A DNA stretch of 64,000 bases from a virus (taxonomy: Duplodnaviria; Caudoviricetes), in IMG/VR virus record IMGVR_UViG_3300027793_000063, positions 1 to 64,000 of that record, one strand, 5' to 3'. This document shows, piece by piece, positions 26,279 through 36,018 of the stretch. The position numbers and the translations under genes were made by a program. The notes beneath the pieces are model-generated. The model did no database searches. It was not told the origin of the DNA and saw only the letters and a program-made list of their open reading frames with translations. Positions within the stretch are counted from its first letter, which is position 1. The number at the start of each line of letters is the position of its first letter.

Positions 26279-28812
26279 AGCATCGCCCGCGCTTCGGCCT
26301 CCGTGAGAATCCGCACGCCGGCGTCCTGCGCCTTCTTGAGCTTGCTGCCGCAGTCCTCCCCGGCGATCAGGAAGTCCGTCTTCTTGGACACCGAGCCGCT
26401 GAGCTTGGCGCCGGCCTTCTCCAGCTCCGCCTCCATCACGTGACGGGGCACGCTGATTGTGCCGGTGAGCACGACCGTCTTGCCTTTGAACAGGCTGTCG
26501 CCAGCCGCCGGCTCTGCCTTGACGGGTTCCGGCGCGTAGTTGTCCGACTTCACGGTGTCCGGGATGAGCGACAGGACACGCCTGCCTTCAGTGCCGTTGA
26601 CGAAGTTCACCAGCGCCATCAGCGAGACCGGTCCCAGGTGGTGACTGATCTCGTATTGCTTCTTGATGATATCGAACTCCGGCGTGGAACTGACAGCTGG
26701 GTAGCCCACCATCCGACGGAAGAAGCCGACGGAAGATGTGCACTCCTCGACGAGATGCAGGACGTCTCTGCACAGCCGGCTAATCTCCTTCGACGTGTTC
26801 TTGCCGATGGTGTGGATCCCCAGCGCGGCAATCCAGTTCCGCAACGGCAGTTTCTCCGCCGCCCGCATGGCTTTATGCAGCGTCTCCGCTCTGGATTCGC
26901 CGAAGGTCATCTTGCCGCCAGACTCCGTGGTCCACGACAGATTGGCGAACCATGATGCGGGAACCTTGAACAGGTCGAACGGATGCTGGAAATTGTCGAT
27001 CTCCAGCGGCGCGCGGAACGCGATCTCCGCGCACAGCTCAGTGCCCATCTGGGACAGGTTCAGGCAGTCGCGACTGGCCATGTGCTCGATGCGGGCCGCC
27101 ATCTGGGCCTTGCAGCCGGCGGTGTTGGTGCACATCCAGACCGAGGCTGCTTTGGCGGTCGACTTACCCACCGACTGTGCCGCCCTCATGACTACTGCTT
27201 GCTCGATGCTCGTGCTTCCGCAGCTCGGGCACTTGCCGCCGATATGATCGGGGAGGTTGAACTGCGGACGTCCTAGATCGTCACCGCCGTAAGCCGCAGC
27301 GAAGTTCGCCACGCGCGCGACTCGCATCTGCTCGCGAGTCGGATCGTCTCCAAACATCCTCCGCGCGGTGTCGACTGTGTTTTTGCTTGCGGCGACTCGC
27401 ACGATCTCCGGGATCACAGCACCAGCCTTGCGGACGATGACCCGGTCGCCCACGGCCAGCCCCAAGCGATTCACCTGGTCCTCGTTGTGCAGCGTGGCGC
27501 GCGAGACGACGCTGCCGTCCACCTCGACCGGTTCCAGCTCTGCCACGGGCGTCAGGACGCCGCTGCGGCCCACCTGGACGGTGATGGCCTTCAGCGTGGT
27601 CTCGACCTCATCCTGCTTGAACTTGAAGGCGATGGCCCACCGCGGCGCCCGGGATGTGCTGCCGAGGTGCTCGCGCAGCTTGTAGTCGTTGACCTTGAGC
27701 ACGACGCCGTCAGTCGGATATGGCTGATCGGCGATCTCCTTCAGCCGGAGCCACGAGATCACCTCGCCCGTCGCTCGGTGGCTGCCGTCCGCAAGGAGGT
27801 AGACCGCCGGTGCGAACTTGAGCCCCAGCGATTGCAACCACTCCGCGTCGTCGCCGTAACAGTCGGACAACGTGTCGGAGGCGATGCCGTGTGCGATGAA
27901 CGACAGCCCCTGTCCGGCCACCTCCGCGGGATTCTTGCGCCGCAGGATGCCGGCCGCTGCGTTGCGCGGGTTGGAGTAGACCTCCTCGCCCGCCGCCTTC
28001 TGCCGTTCGTTGAGTGCCTCGAAGTCGGCGAAGGTCATGAAGACCTCCCCGTTGATTTCGACCGGCTCGCACTGCAGCTCCAGCGGCACCAGCTTGGCCA
28101 TCATCACGTTGAGCGTGACGTCATCCCCGGTCTCGCCGTCGCCGCGGGTGACCGCCTTCGTCAGATGTATGTGTTCCGACTGCCCGATGCGCGCGTAGGT
28201 CAGGCGCAGGCTCAGCCCGTCGATCTTCGGCTCGGCGACGAGCGCGCAGCCTTTGCAGGCCTCGTCTCCGTTCAGCTTCGCCAGCCACTTGGTCAGCTCA
28301 TCGATGTTGCCGTCGTCCCCGGCGAAGACGTTGTCCAGCGACTGCATCGGGCAGCTGTGCTTCACCTTGGCGAACCCGGACTGCGGATGCGGGGCCGCTC
28401 CCACTTTGTCCAGGATGGTGTCGCGCCACACCGGGTCGTCCGTCTCGTGGGCATCGTCGGCGCGTGCGTCCTGGTGTTCCCGCCAGAGCGCGTCGTATTC
28501 GGAGTCGCGCATGATGGCGTTGCCGTTCATGTATGCCTCGTTGGCGACGCGAAGCTTCTGCTCGCGCTCTGCGTTGTTCAGTTTTGTGGTCGTTGTCATG
28601 ATTTTGATGATGTGGAGTTTGTCGAGGGCCTCGTCAGACCATGTGCGTCCGAAGGTTCGGACTGCTATCTCAGGGCTCATTTCTGGCCAGAGTGAATACC
28701 CCGTTTCGTTCATGTCCGCGTCGAAGTAGTAGACGATCGTGCCGCTCGACCTCCTTCCTGAGAAGGTGGAGATGCTGCGCAAGTGCTCGTCGGTGCAGGG
28801 ATGGCTGGTCAT
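26275..28812 (-). CDS. ligA: NAD-dependent DNA ligase (alternative start 28599)
   Basis: EPKIDG, NPRNAAAG, DGVVLK, PRWAIAFKF, ATLHN, Zn finger, HhH, C-terminal BRCT (GSVSKKTDFLIAGE). Confidence 0.95.
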   Translation of the reverse strand: MTSHPCTDEHLRSISTFSGRRSSGTIVYYFDADMNETGYSLWPEMSPEIAVRTFGRTWSDEALDKLHIIKIMTTTTKLNNAEREQKLRVANEAYMNGNAIMRDSEYDALWREHQDARADDAHETDDPVWRDTILDKVGAAPHPQSGFAKVKHSCPMQSLDNVFAGDDGNIDELTKWLAKLNGDEACKGCALVAEPKIDGLSLRLTYARIGQSEHIHLTKAVTRGDGETGDDVTLNVMMAKLVPLELQCEPVEINGEVFMTFADFEALNERQKAAGEEVYSNPRNAAAGILRRKNPAEVAGQGLSFIAHGIASDTLSDCYGDDAEWLQSLGLKFAPAVYLLADGSHRATGEVISWLRLKEIADQPYPTDGVVLKVNDYKLREHLGSTSRAPRWAIAFKFKQDEVETTLKAITVQVGRSGVLTPVAELEPVEVDGSVVSRATLHNEDQVNRLGLAVGDRVIVRKAGAVIPEIVRVAASKNTVDTARRMFGDDPTREQMRVARVANFAAAYGGDDLGRPQFNLPDHIGGKCPSCGSTSIEQAVVMRAAQSVGKSTAKAASVWMCTNTAGCKAQMAARIEHMASRDCLNLSQMGTELCAEIAFRAPLEIDNFQHPFDLFKVPASWFANLSWTTESGGKMTFGESRAETLHKAMRAAEKLPLRNWIAALGIHTIGKNTSKEISRLCRDVLHLVEECTSSVGFFRRMVGYPAVSSTPEFDIIKKQYEISHHLGPVSLMALVNFVNGTEGRRVLSLIPDTVKSDNYAPEPVKAEPAAGDSLFKGKTVVLTGTISVPRHVMEAELEKAGAKLSGSVSKKTDFLIAGEDCGSKLKKAQDAGVRILTEAEARAML

Positions 28813-29342
28813 CCTTGGACCTCCAGCTCTTGCACGTAGACGAACATCGGCTGCGGCCCGACGTAGCCTGCGATGTCGAATCCTCCCTGCCGATGCGTGT
28901 GCGGTTCGTATTTCCTGGGGCCGTCGTAGTAGTTCACCGGCTTGGTGAACTCCTTCACGAGCCTGTCGGCCACCTCCTGCGTGGCAGCAACCTGCATCTC
29001 CCAGCATCGACCGAGCCGGTAGCCGTCGTAATCCACCTTCATGACGACGAAGACCTTCGAGGCTCTGCGCATCGCTTTACGGCAAACCTTGTAGACATCC
29101 GAATTCTGCGCTGCGGCTGCGGCCAGTAGAAACTGATCCCACTTCAAGCCGGCGAGACCAAGCGCCACGGCCAGTTTGGCTGCGGCTTTTTGCCCGACCG
29201 GGCGTCGAGCGTTCTCGATGTTCGAGATGAAGCTGTGCGGAATCCCCGATTTCTCAGCCAGCGCCCGAAGACTCAAACCCGCATCACTTCGCCGCGCACG
29301 GAGAATGGAAGCGAGGATCGCTGGGGCAGACTCACGCTTCAT
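28809..29342 (-). CDS. XRE-family HTH regulator
   Basis: RRSDAGLSLRALAEKSGIPHSFISNIENARR. Confidence 0.8.
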   Translation of the reverse strand: MKRESAPAILASILRARRSDAGLSLRALAEKSGIPHSFISNIENARRPVGQKAAAKLAVALGLAGLKWDQFLLAAAAAQNSDVYKVCRKAMRRASKVFVVMKVDYDGYRLGRCWEMQVAATQEVADRLVKEFTKPVNYYDGPRKYEPHTHRQGGFDIAGYVGPQPMFVYVQELEVQG

Positions 29343-29781
29343 CCTTGGTCTCCCTCTCGGCGATCGCGATCCGGTCCATCGCCTTGTAGTGAGCGCCGCG
29401 TATCTCTGCGAGCCGTTCGCGCTTGGCGATGTAGAGCGCGCTCCACGCGTAGCGTTCCTTGAGCTGCGCCGGGGTGCGCAGGTCTGCTGCCTCTGGCTGG
29501 TCGCTGGCGAGCATTTGCTTCTCCATGTGGACCATCTCCGCTGAGATACGATCCCACTCCGGCTTCACCTTCAGCCAGGCGTTTTCCTCCACCAGCTCGT
29601 CGTAGCGGTTCCAGCAGAGGACCAGCCGCTCGGCGTTTCTCAGTCCGTCCACGGCTTCGTGGTCCTCCACCGTTTCCGCCACGAGCGCCGCGCCGTCGAC
29701 CGCGCGTATGGAGAACCTCTGATTGAGGCGTGTGCGCTCCGTGACCACGTGCAGCTTCCCTTGTGTGTGCGCGGTGGTCAT
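29332..29781 (-). CDS. hypothetical protein
   Basis: HTQGKL...NAERLVLCWN, phage-type domain. Confidence 0.6.
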   Translation of the reverse strand: MTTAHTQGKLHVVTERTRLNQRFSIRAVDGAALVAETVEDHEAVDGLRNAERLVLCWNRYDELVEENAWLKVKPEWDRISAEMVHMEKQMLASDQPEAADLRTPAQLKERYAWSALYIAKRERLAEIRGAHYKAMDRIAIAERETKDEA

Positions 29782-30302
29782 GATGACACCTCCACGTCTA
29801 CCGACGTCATGTAGGACGTCAGCCCGGCCCCAGGGACCACGTGACCGTCGATGAACACCTTGACCGCCTCCATGGGAATTTCGAAGGATATGGTCGCCAG
29901 CTCCTCCGGCATGAACTGCTTCGGCAGCGACACGCAAAACGTCACGTCCACTGACACCTTTTGCGGCTCCGGCCCGTCGCCGATCAGGATGAGCCACCCA
30001 GGGTTGCACGCGACGAGCCAGCTCGCGAAGGTGAACTCGATACCCGGATGCTGTGCGGCGTGCCGGTGGGTGAGATCGACGATCTGGTTGGCTTCGCCTT
30101 CGCCCCGTATGCGGCACGTCCAGTCGCCTGCTTCGTCGAGGACGAAAACAGAGACCGCATCGGTCTCTGAGAGCGTGTGCGGCGGTCCGTCGGCGGCGTA
30201 GCTTGGCAAGAGGCGTGCAACTCGAAGGGCGGTGCTAAACCGGCGGGAGTATGTCGGCGTACCGCCGCTTCTCGACGGTAGTGTTGTTTGGATTCTGATC
30301 AT
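29778..30302 (-). CDS. hypothetical protein
   Basis: Coupled ORF. Confidence 0.55.
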   Translation of the reverse strand: MIRIQTTLPSRSGGTPTYSRRFSTALRVARLLPSYAADGPPHTLSETDAVSVFVLDEAGDWTCRIRGEGEANQIVDLTHRHAAQHPGIEFTFASWLVACNPGWLILIGDGPEPQKVSVDVTFCVSLPKQFMPEELATISFEIPMEAVKVFIDGHVVPGAGLTSYMTSVDVEVSS

Positions 30303-30646
30303 GGGATGATTTCGCCGCGTAGTATGCTCTTGTCTGTTTCCAGCTCCGCCATCTGAATCCGAAGGCTGTCCTGGCGTTCCTGCAGTGCCGCGATCTTCTT
30401 GTTCGTTTCTATCAGGGTCGGGTTCTGCGGACATACGACGGACACCAGCGCCGCTTCATAGTTGGGCACCCACTCGACCTCGCAGCCGCACAGGAACCCC
30501 CGCTGTTCCCAGCGTTGCCCGTTGGTATGCTGGCGTATCTCCGGCGCTTTAAGCCCGTATGTCGATACTCCGACGCGCTCGGCGACTACCGTCCGCTCGC
30601 CGCACGTCGGGCACGCGCCGACTTTGAGATGTCTGAATTGGATCAT
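30299..30646 (-). CDS. hypothetical Zn-binding protein
   Basis: CPTCG...CGC. Confidence 0.55.
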   Translation of the reverse strand: MIQFRHLKVGACPTCGERTVVAERVGVSTYGLKAPEIRQHTNGQRWEQRGFLCGCEVEWVPNYEAALVSVVCPQNPTLIETNKKIAALQERQDSLRIQMAELETDKSILRGEIIP

Positions 30647-30648
30647 TG

Positions 30649-31146
30649 TTATTGCTTGAAGAGTTGCAGTTGTTTGACGTTGATGTCCCAGATTTCGACG
30701 TAGTCCCTGATTACCAGCTTCTGGCAGTCCGCCGGCAGAAGCCGGAACGGAATGCGCCGGCTGTTGCCGTCTCCCCATTTGGCCTTGGCGCCGATCTTTG
30801 GCGGCCGGCCGCCAGGCGCGTCGAAGTTCAACTCCGCTTCCCCGTGCATACCGACTCCCTGGGGATGGAACGGGTGACAGCTCATCCCCACGTAGTGCGC
30901 ACGACCGCCGCGTCCTTTGAAGCGCCCAGTGAACACCACGGTGTAGCGGTCGGCGGTGCCTTTGCCGGCAGGCAGCAGACGGTGTCCGCAATCCTTCACC
31001 GGGCAACGCTTGCCGCCTCCGCTGCTGAACTCGAAGCATTTCACGCAGAACGATTCGTAGACACTGCCTCCGTTATCGTAAACGCGGACGTACTTGGGAA
31101 CGCCGTCCGGCATCAGCCGCTGGCGTCTCGTTTCTTGGCTTATCAT
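30649..31146 (-). CDS. hypothetical protein
   Basis: YDNGG...DRYTV...HPQG with CxxC insert. Confidence 0.6.
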   Translation of the reverse strand: MISQETRRQRLMPDGVPKYVRVYDNGGSVYESFCVKCFEFSSGGGKRCPVKDCGHRLLPAGKGTADRYTVVFTGRFKGRGGRAHYVGMSCHPFHPQGVGMHGEAELNFDAPGGRPPKIGAKAKWGDGNSRRIPFRLLPADCQKLVIRDYVEIWDINVKQLQLFKQ

Positions 31147-31207
31147 TTTTATCTGCAACGACTCGCGCCGGGGAGGACGTCTCCCCGGCGCGATATTGCT
31201 GCGGTTG

Positions 31208-33034
31208 TTAGTTTACGCCGTGCGGTGACGCCGACGCTTCCTCGTCCTTGTAGACGTGCTGCTCGTGAGCATACGCCTCCGCCTCCTTGATGATGTTCTC
31301 CTGTATCGGCTTCGGCAGCTTGCCGCCGCGACGCAGCATGATGTTGATGAACACCTGGTATGCCTTCCGGCACGCGTCAGGCAGCGCCTCGGTGAAGTCC
31401 GCGTAGCGTTGCAGGCACTCCACGCTGTCGTCCTTTTCCGCCGTGCTGTCGCTCGTGAAGGCATACATGTCCGCCACGATGAGACCCGCCTTGAACCAGT
31501 CGCGCTCCATGCTGAGATTCAGCGTGGCGACAAAGTTACGGTCGAACGTGATGTGACTGACGCCGTCAGTCCACGCTTTTGTCAGGTCCGTCTGTCCGAT
31601 GCCAGCGGAACGGTTTTCCCTGTCTTGGAATCCGTTTACGGAGTAGTCCAGATGGCTCATGACGTTCTCGATGCAGCGAATGAAGTCCTCCTCCCGCTGC
31701 GTGTACTCATCCGGACTGAGGCGGTGGTAATCGCGGTCGTCCACATCCTCGAGCAGAAGCTTGTAGTCCGCCCAGACCAGCATGCCGCGAAAGCGGTCAA
31801 ACAGTTGTTCGTTGCTCCTCGACGGCGGCACTTCGCAGATCACCTTGATAGCTGCTGCTCCCTGTTCGGCAGGGTCGTCAATATCGTCCGCATGCAGCCA
31901 CTCCAGGACCACTTCGTCCAGGACGACAGCCCGTTTCAGCTGCATCACCTTCTCGGCCTCGTGATCGCCCTTCGGCCCGAAACACAGAGACACGCGACCA
32001 TCAGCGTCGCGCAGGATCTTCGGCGTGTCGGACCGGGTGTGGATGAGGTTGTAGAGCTGGTGCGGAGACCAGAGCTTCCCGGTGACGTCCGGCAGGCAGG
32101 CGGTGTCGTAGAACACACCGTAGGCGACAGAGCCGCCGCCGGCGTATTCCTCCACAAAGTTCCGCGCCTCCTGGCGGTTGAGCTTCTTCTTGTTCGATGC
32201 GCTCCTGATGCCCTCTTCCTTCAGCAGCTGCGCGATCTTTTTCCAGCGCGCACAGCGGCGCAGCACCTGGTTGCGGGCGAAGTTGACGCTGACTTCCTGC
32301 CGAATGACGATCACCCCCTCGAGTCCGAATTCCGACAACGGCAGGGACTCGACAAAGACGCCCTGCTGGTAAACGTCCAGCCCGGTGCCGTTGCGGTAGC
32401 GGTGTTCGACCACTTTCTTCTTGATGTAGGCGAGGTCGTTGACCACGTCCCACTTCAGCGTGGCCGGGTCCGTCGCGACACTCTTGCCGTTGACGACCAG
32501 GTTGCGGTCGGTGTAGCGGCAGAACTTCGTGATCTGGTCCACGGTGTGCTGGATGTCGCGCAGGGACAACGCATCGTAGAGTTCGATCTCGACGATGCAA
32601 CCGGGCTGGTCGGGGTGTCCCTCTTCGTAGTCGTAGTCGAGGCCCCATTTGTCGACGTCGGTGATCATCCTGAAGTTGGCCGAGCGCCAGGTGTTCTTTC
32701 CGAACGCGAACATCTGCCCGCGTCCGATGCGGAACTTGCCGAACACGGTGTCCTTGGCGAAGCCTTCGTCGTCCATGGGGTGCGGGTTGCCGAACTCCTC
32801 GAATACGTCCTTGACGATCTGCCCGGCGAAGCCCCTGCCGTCGTCCGTGATGCGGACCAGCTTGGTCGTGATGGTGACCGCGATGTTCTTCGCGGCCTGG
32901 TCAATGGAGTTCATGACCCCTTCCAGAATGGCTTTGGCGATGGTGCCGGCCTGCGATTTGATGACCTGGAGGACCAGGTTGCTGTGCGCGCGCATGGTGC
33001 GGCGCTCTGTCTTAATAGGAGATGTTGCTGTCAT
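31208..33034 (-). CDS. GHKL (MORC/Hsp90-like) ATP-binding protein
   Basis: LEGVMNSID, DDGRGF, GKFRIGRG. Confidence 0.8.
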   Translation of the reverse strand: MTATSPIKTERRTMRAHSNLVLQVIKSQAGTIAKAILEGVMNSIDQAAKNIAVTITTKLVRITDDGRGFAGQIVKDVFEEFGNPHPMDDEGFAKDTVFGKFRIGRGQMFAFGKNTWRSANFRMITDVDKWGLDYDYEEGHPDQPGCIVEIELYDALSLRDIQHTVDQITKFCRYTDRNLVVNGKSVATDPATLKWDVVNDLAYIKKKVVEHRYRNGTGLDVYQQGVFVESLPLSEFGLEGVIVIRQEVSVNFARNQVLRRCARWKKIAQLLKEEGIRSASNKKKLNRQEARNFVEEYAGGGSVAYGVFYDTACLPDVTGKLWSPHQLYNLIHTRSDTPKILRDADGRVSLCFGPKGDHEAEKVMQLKRAVVLDEVVLEWLHADDIDDPAEQGAAAIKVICEVPPSRSNEQLFDRFRGMLVWADYKLLLEDVDDRDYHRLSPDEYTQREEDFIRCIENVMSHLDYSVNGFQDRENRSAGIGQTDLTKAWTDGVSHITFDRNFVATLNLSMERDWFKAGLIVADMYAFTSDSTAEKDDSVECLQRYADFTEALPDACRKAYQVFINIMLRRGGKLPKPIQENIIKEAEAYAHEQHVYKDEEASASPHGVN

Positions 33035-33085
33035 GTTGTTGTTGTTGTCGTGGTTGCTATTTTCCTCGTTGTAGGCTGTCGGCTG

Positions 33086-33562
33086 TCAGCCTTCGTCTTT
33101 TCGCGCGGCGGTCCTGTCCGCGCAGATCGGGCATTCGCCGTCCCATCCGTCCCCGTTGCCCGCGTAGGGCTCGAAGCAGGTGCGGCAGTAGTCGTCGGGA
33201 CTGTCCTGGTATCGCTGCTCCACCCACTCCAAGTATTCCAGCTTGGTCTCGCCAGCCTGCGTCTCGTGCAACCAGTCGGCCACTGGATGTCCCGGGATCT
33301 CAGCGGGGAGGCTGTAAATGACCGGCGGCCAGACAGCGCGTTCTATATCCAGCGCCTCGATGTCAGCGTCCTCGATGCTGTGCTGGTCGCCCATGAGAAC
33401 CACTTTGCTCCAGTTCTCGCACGTCTGCGCCGGACACAGTAGCGCATAGTCGTACGGCACCTTCGGCGGAGTCCCGTATGCGAGCATTAGCTTGCCGCAC
33501 TTCGGACAAGCGTGGTCAAACCACTCACACCGCTGCTGTTGCTCAATTTCGTTGCGTTTCAT
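33086..33562 (-). CDS. hypothetical Zn-finger protein
   Basis: Two Cys clusters. Confidence 0.55.
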   Translation of the reverse strand: MKRNEIEQQQRCEWFDHACPKCGKLMLAYGTPPKVPYDYALLCPAQTCENWSKVVLMGDQHSIEDADIEALDIERAVWPPVIYSLPAEIPGHPVADWLHETQAGETKLEYLEWVEQRYQDSPDDYCRTCFEPYAGNGDGWDGECPICADRTAARKDEG

Positions 33563-33568
33563 ATCATA

Positions 33569-33982
33569 TCACGGAACGACCGGCGGGCCGTATCTGTCGC
33601 TCGTCAGCATATACTCCACCGTCTGGCGGAGGGCCGGCAACTGTCCGGCCTCTTCCACGGCGTCCAGGTGCGCTCCCTTGCCGTGGCTGGCCGCGACCGC
33701 GTGGAACTCCGTGCGCTTGTGATGCTCGTGGTAGACCATGACCCACATCTTGTGGAAGTCCATCCCGGTCTGGTCACACAGGACGCCGACGAGACGTTTC
33801 ACGGACCTGCGCATCTCTTTCATCTCGTCGTCCACCATGGACTTCGTCTCCGGGTTGCTGCCGTCCATGGCTTTCGCCAGTTCGGCCGTCGCTGTTTCCA
33901 GCTTCGTCATCGCCGTGGTCACCGCATCGCGGGCCTCGGTGAAGTTCATCAGCAGTTGTTTCGGCGCCGTTTTCTTTTTCAT
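33569..33982 (-). CDS. hypothetical protein
   Basis: Coupled helical ORF. Confidence 0.6.
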   Translation of the reverse strand: MKKKTAPKQLLMNFTEARDAVTTAMTKLETATAELAKAMDGSNPETKSMVDDEMKEMRRSVKRLVGVLCDQTGMDFHKMWVMVYHEHHKRTEFHAVAASHGKGAHLDAVEEAGQLPALRQTVEYMLTSDRYGPPVVP

Positions 33983-34194
33983 CGTGGTGTTTTCTTTGTG
34001 GCTGCGTAGCGATCGAAGTTGTAGCCGCTTCCGTCTTTGTATTTCTTGACGCGAAGCAGCTCGCCCAGCGCCTCTCTGTTGGTATTGTGGTTCGAGCCGC
34101 GGCAGCAACCGCAGCCCTCGCTACTCATGTAACGCGCAACCGCTGCCCTTACTTCCGCCAGGTCTACCATCGGTTTCTCGTGGTGTCTTTTCAT
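33979..34194 (-). CDS. hypothetical protein
   Basis: YMSSEGCGCC motif. Confidence 0.55.
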   Translation of the reverse strand: MKRHHEKPMVDLAEVRAAVARYMSSEGCGCCRGSNHNTNREALGELLRVKKYKDGSGYNFDRYAATKKTPR

Positions 34195-35243
34195 TGTGTG
34201 ATCTCGATGGGTTTGACCTCTTCAGGGACGGGCTGTCCGACGCTTGCGCAGATCTCTTTCCCGCTGAAGTTGTTGATGAGCAGGACGGTCAAGTCCCTTT
34301 TGTCGGCCCACACCGGCGATTTCATTTTGCCCGTCTCCCTGTCCGACACCTGCCATAGACCGAAGCACTGCCTGTATCTGCCCGTCATCATGAACCCGTC
34401 CGGCGTTTTGACGTTGATCGTCCAGCCCGTGGCGTCCAACGGATCCTTCAGCCGCGCAAGCAGCGTCTCCAGTTGCTTCAAGACGATGCCGTCCGTCAGC
34501 TTCTTGAACGTCGCCGGTCGCTTGATTTTGTGCTCGCCCCATTCGACGAGCAATACCCATCCCTCTGTGGCGTCGCCGGACAACTTCCACCCGAAGTTGA
34601 TACTGCGTTTTCCGTGGGGTCCCTCGACGAGTGTCCACACCGTTATGCGCCCGTCGAACCCAAACGGCATGTCGACGTCGACCGACCGAGTCTTCGGATG
34701 CTTGCTGATGCACTCCGGGAACTTCGCCTTCAGCCGGCAGGTGATCTCCTGAGCGTCCACCTTGGGTTTGTCCTTCCTGGTGACGGTCTTCACCAGGACG
34801 CTCAGATGCACCCATTCGTCGACGTGCTCGGTGCTGACGAACACGTAGGGCGACAGCGCGCGGATCGCTCTGGCGTGCGCCCGCATGCTGTCGATGATCT
34901 CCGGCGCGGGCTCGTCGTCGCCGGCCCCGCGGCGGTCGGATGCTGTCAGCCGGATGGTGCCGTCGCTTCCGACTTCGTCGTCGTCGATGCCGAGCCGCGG
35001 CTTCAGGTAAGCGCGCACTTGTTCGGCGATTTTCAACTGGGTTGCGTTAGGACTGTGTGATGTTTGGATCTTCATGCTTCTGTCGGTATTTCTCATGGTT
35101 TTTGTGGGTTTGGGTTTCACTGGTCCTCCCGGGTCGTCCGCGAACGGGCTGCAGTTGCACTTCGCGCCGGCGATCTTCACCCAGTAGGCGGCGTGGCCGC
35201 AGCGGGCACACTTGTCGTGCCGCTGCGCCTCGTCCTTCGTCAT
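34191..35243 (-). CDS. hypothetical protein
   Basis: Long ORF. Confidence 0.6.
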   Translation of the reverse strand: MTKDEAQRHDKCARCGHAAYWVKIAGAKCNCSPFADDPGGPVKPKPTKTMRNTDRSMKIQTSHSPNATQLKIAEQVRAYLKPRLGIDDDEVGSDGTIRLTASDRRGAGDDEPAPEIIDSMRAHARAIRALSPYVFVSTEHVDEWVHLSVLVKTVTRKDKPKVDAQEITCRLKAKFPECISKHPKTRSVDVDMPFGFDGRITVWTLVEGPHGKRSINFGWKLSGDATEGWVLLVEWGEHKIKRPATFKKLTDGIVLKQLETLLARLKDPLDATGWTINVKTPDGFMMTGRYRQCFGLWQVSDRETGKMKSPVWADKRDLTVLLINNFSGKEICASVGQPVPEEVKPIEITQ

Positions 35244-35260
35244 CGGTCGTGTCTGGTAGA

Positions 35261-35785
35261 TCACAGCAGTCCGAGCGCCATCATGTCCGTGTCGATGAGC
35301 CCTGCCGTCAGGTCTGCGTAGTTCGCGTCCTCGGGTTTGGCCGCCATAACTTCCTCCCGGCAAGGATCGCACATGGTCAGCGTCCCAGTGACTCGCTTTG
35401 CGTCCCGGTGACCACAGTAGTCGCACTCGTATTCCCCCGGCTTGGGCGTGCGCTTCCCATACATGCGCCTGGCGTGCTCTAAATCGCGGTTCGCTTGCTC
35501 AAAGTCGGGGTCTTGTCCGACTTTACTGTCCCGCATCAGACGCCCTAGTATGCGGTAGTGATCCTTCAGGAAGTGCAACTGCGCCAGACAGTATTCTGCC
35601 CAGAACTCTGAACCCATCGGCATCCCTTCGCGCTCGAACGCGTCCAACAGCGCGTTGAGCTGCTTATCAGCATCCACCATACGCGCCAGCCGGTAATGCG
35701 ACCTCGGGAAGAGCGCCTCGACGGTCATTGCTGCTTGTCGCCGGCAGCGTTCCTTGTCCTCGTCGTTTTTGGATTGTCGCTTCAT
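35261..35785 (-). CDS. hypothetical protein
   Basis: Coupled; CDYC...CDPC. Confidence 0.55.
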   Translation of the reverse strand: MKRQSKNDEDKERCRRQAAMTVEALFPRSHYRLARMVDADKQLNALLDAFEREGMPMGSEFWAEYCLAQLHFLKDHYRILGRLMRDSKVGQDPDFEQANRDLEHARRMYGKRTPKPGEYECDYCGHRDAKRVTGTLTMCDPCREEVMAAKPEDANYADLTAGLIDTDMMALGLL

Positions 35786-36018
35786 GCCACATCCTCCGCA
35801 GGGCGCGGCGATACCAGCGTCCAGTCTCGCAGGATGCTCTTGCACGACTTGACGAAAGCCATCGGCGCAAATCTCGGGTCGTCGGCATACCGATAGTAGC
35901 AAACAGCCAAGCCTTCGTCGATGTAGACGATACGGATTGTCGTGTTAGGATTGTTGTCGTCCGGGTTGCGATATCGCTGTCCGACGACGACTTCGGACGG
36001 CGCTTCCGTTTGTTTCAT
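35782..36018 (-). CDS. hypothetical protein
   Basis: Coupled ORF. Confidence 0.5.
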   Translation of the reverse strand: MKQTEAPSEVVVGQRYRNPDDNNPNTTIRIVYIDEGLAVCYYRYADDPRFAPMAFVKSCKSILRDWTLVSPRPAEDVA

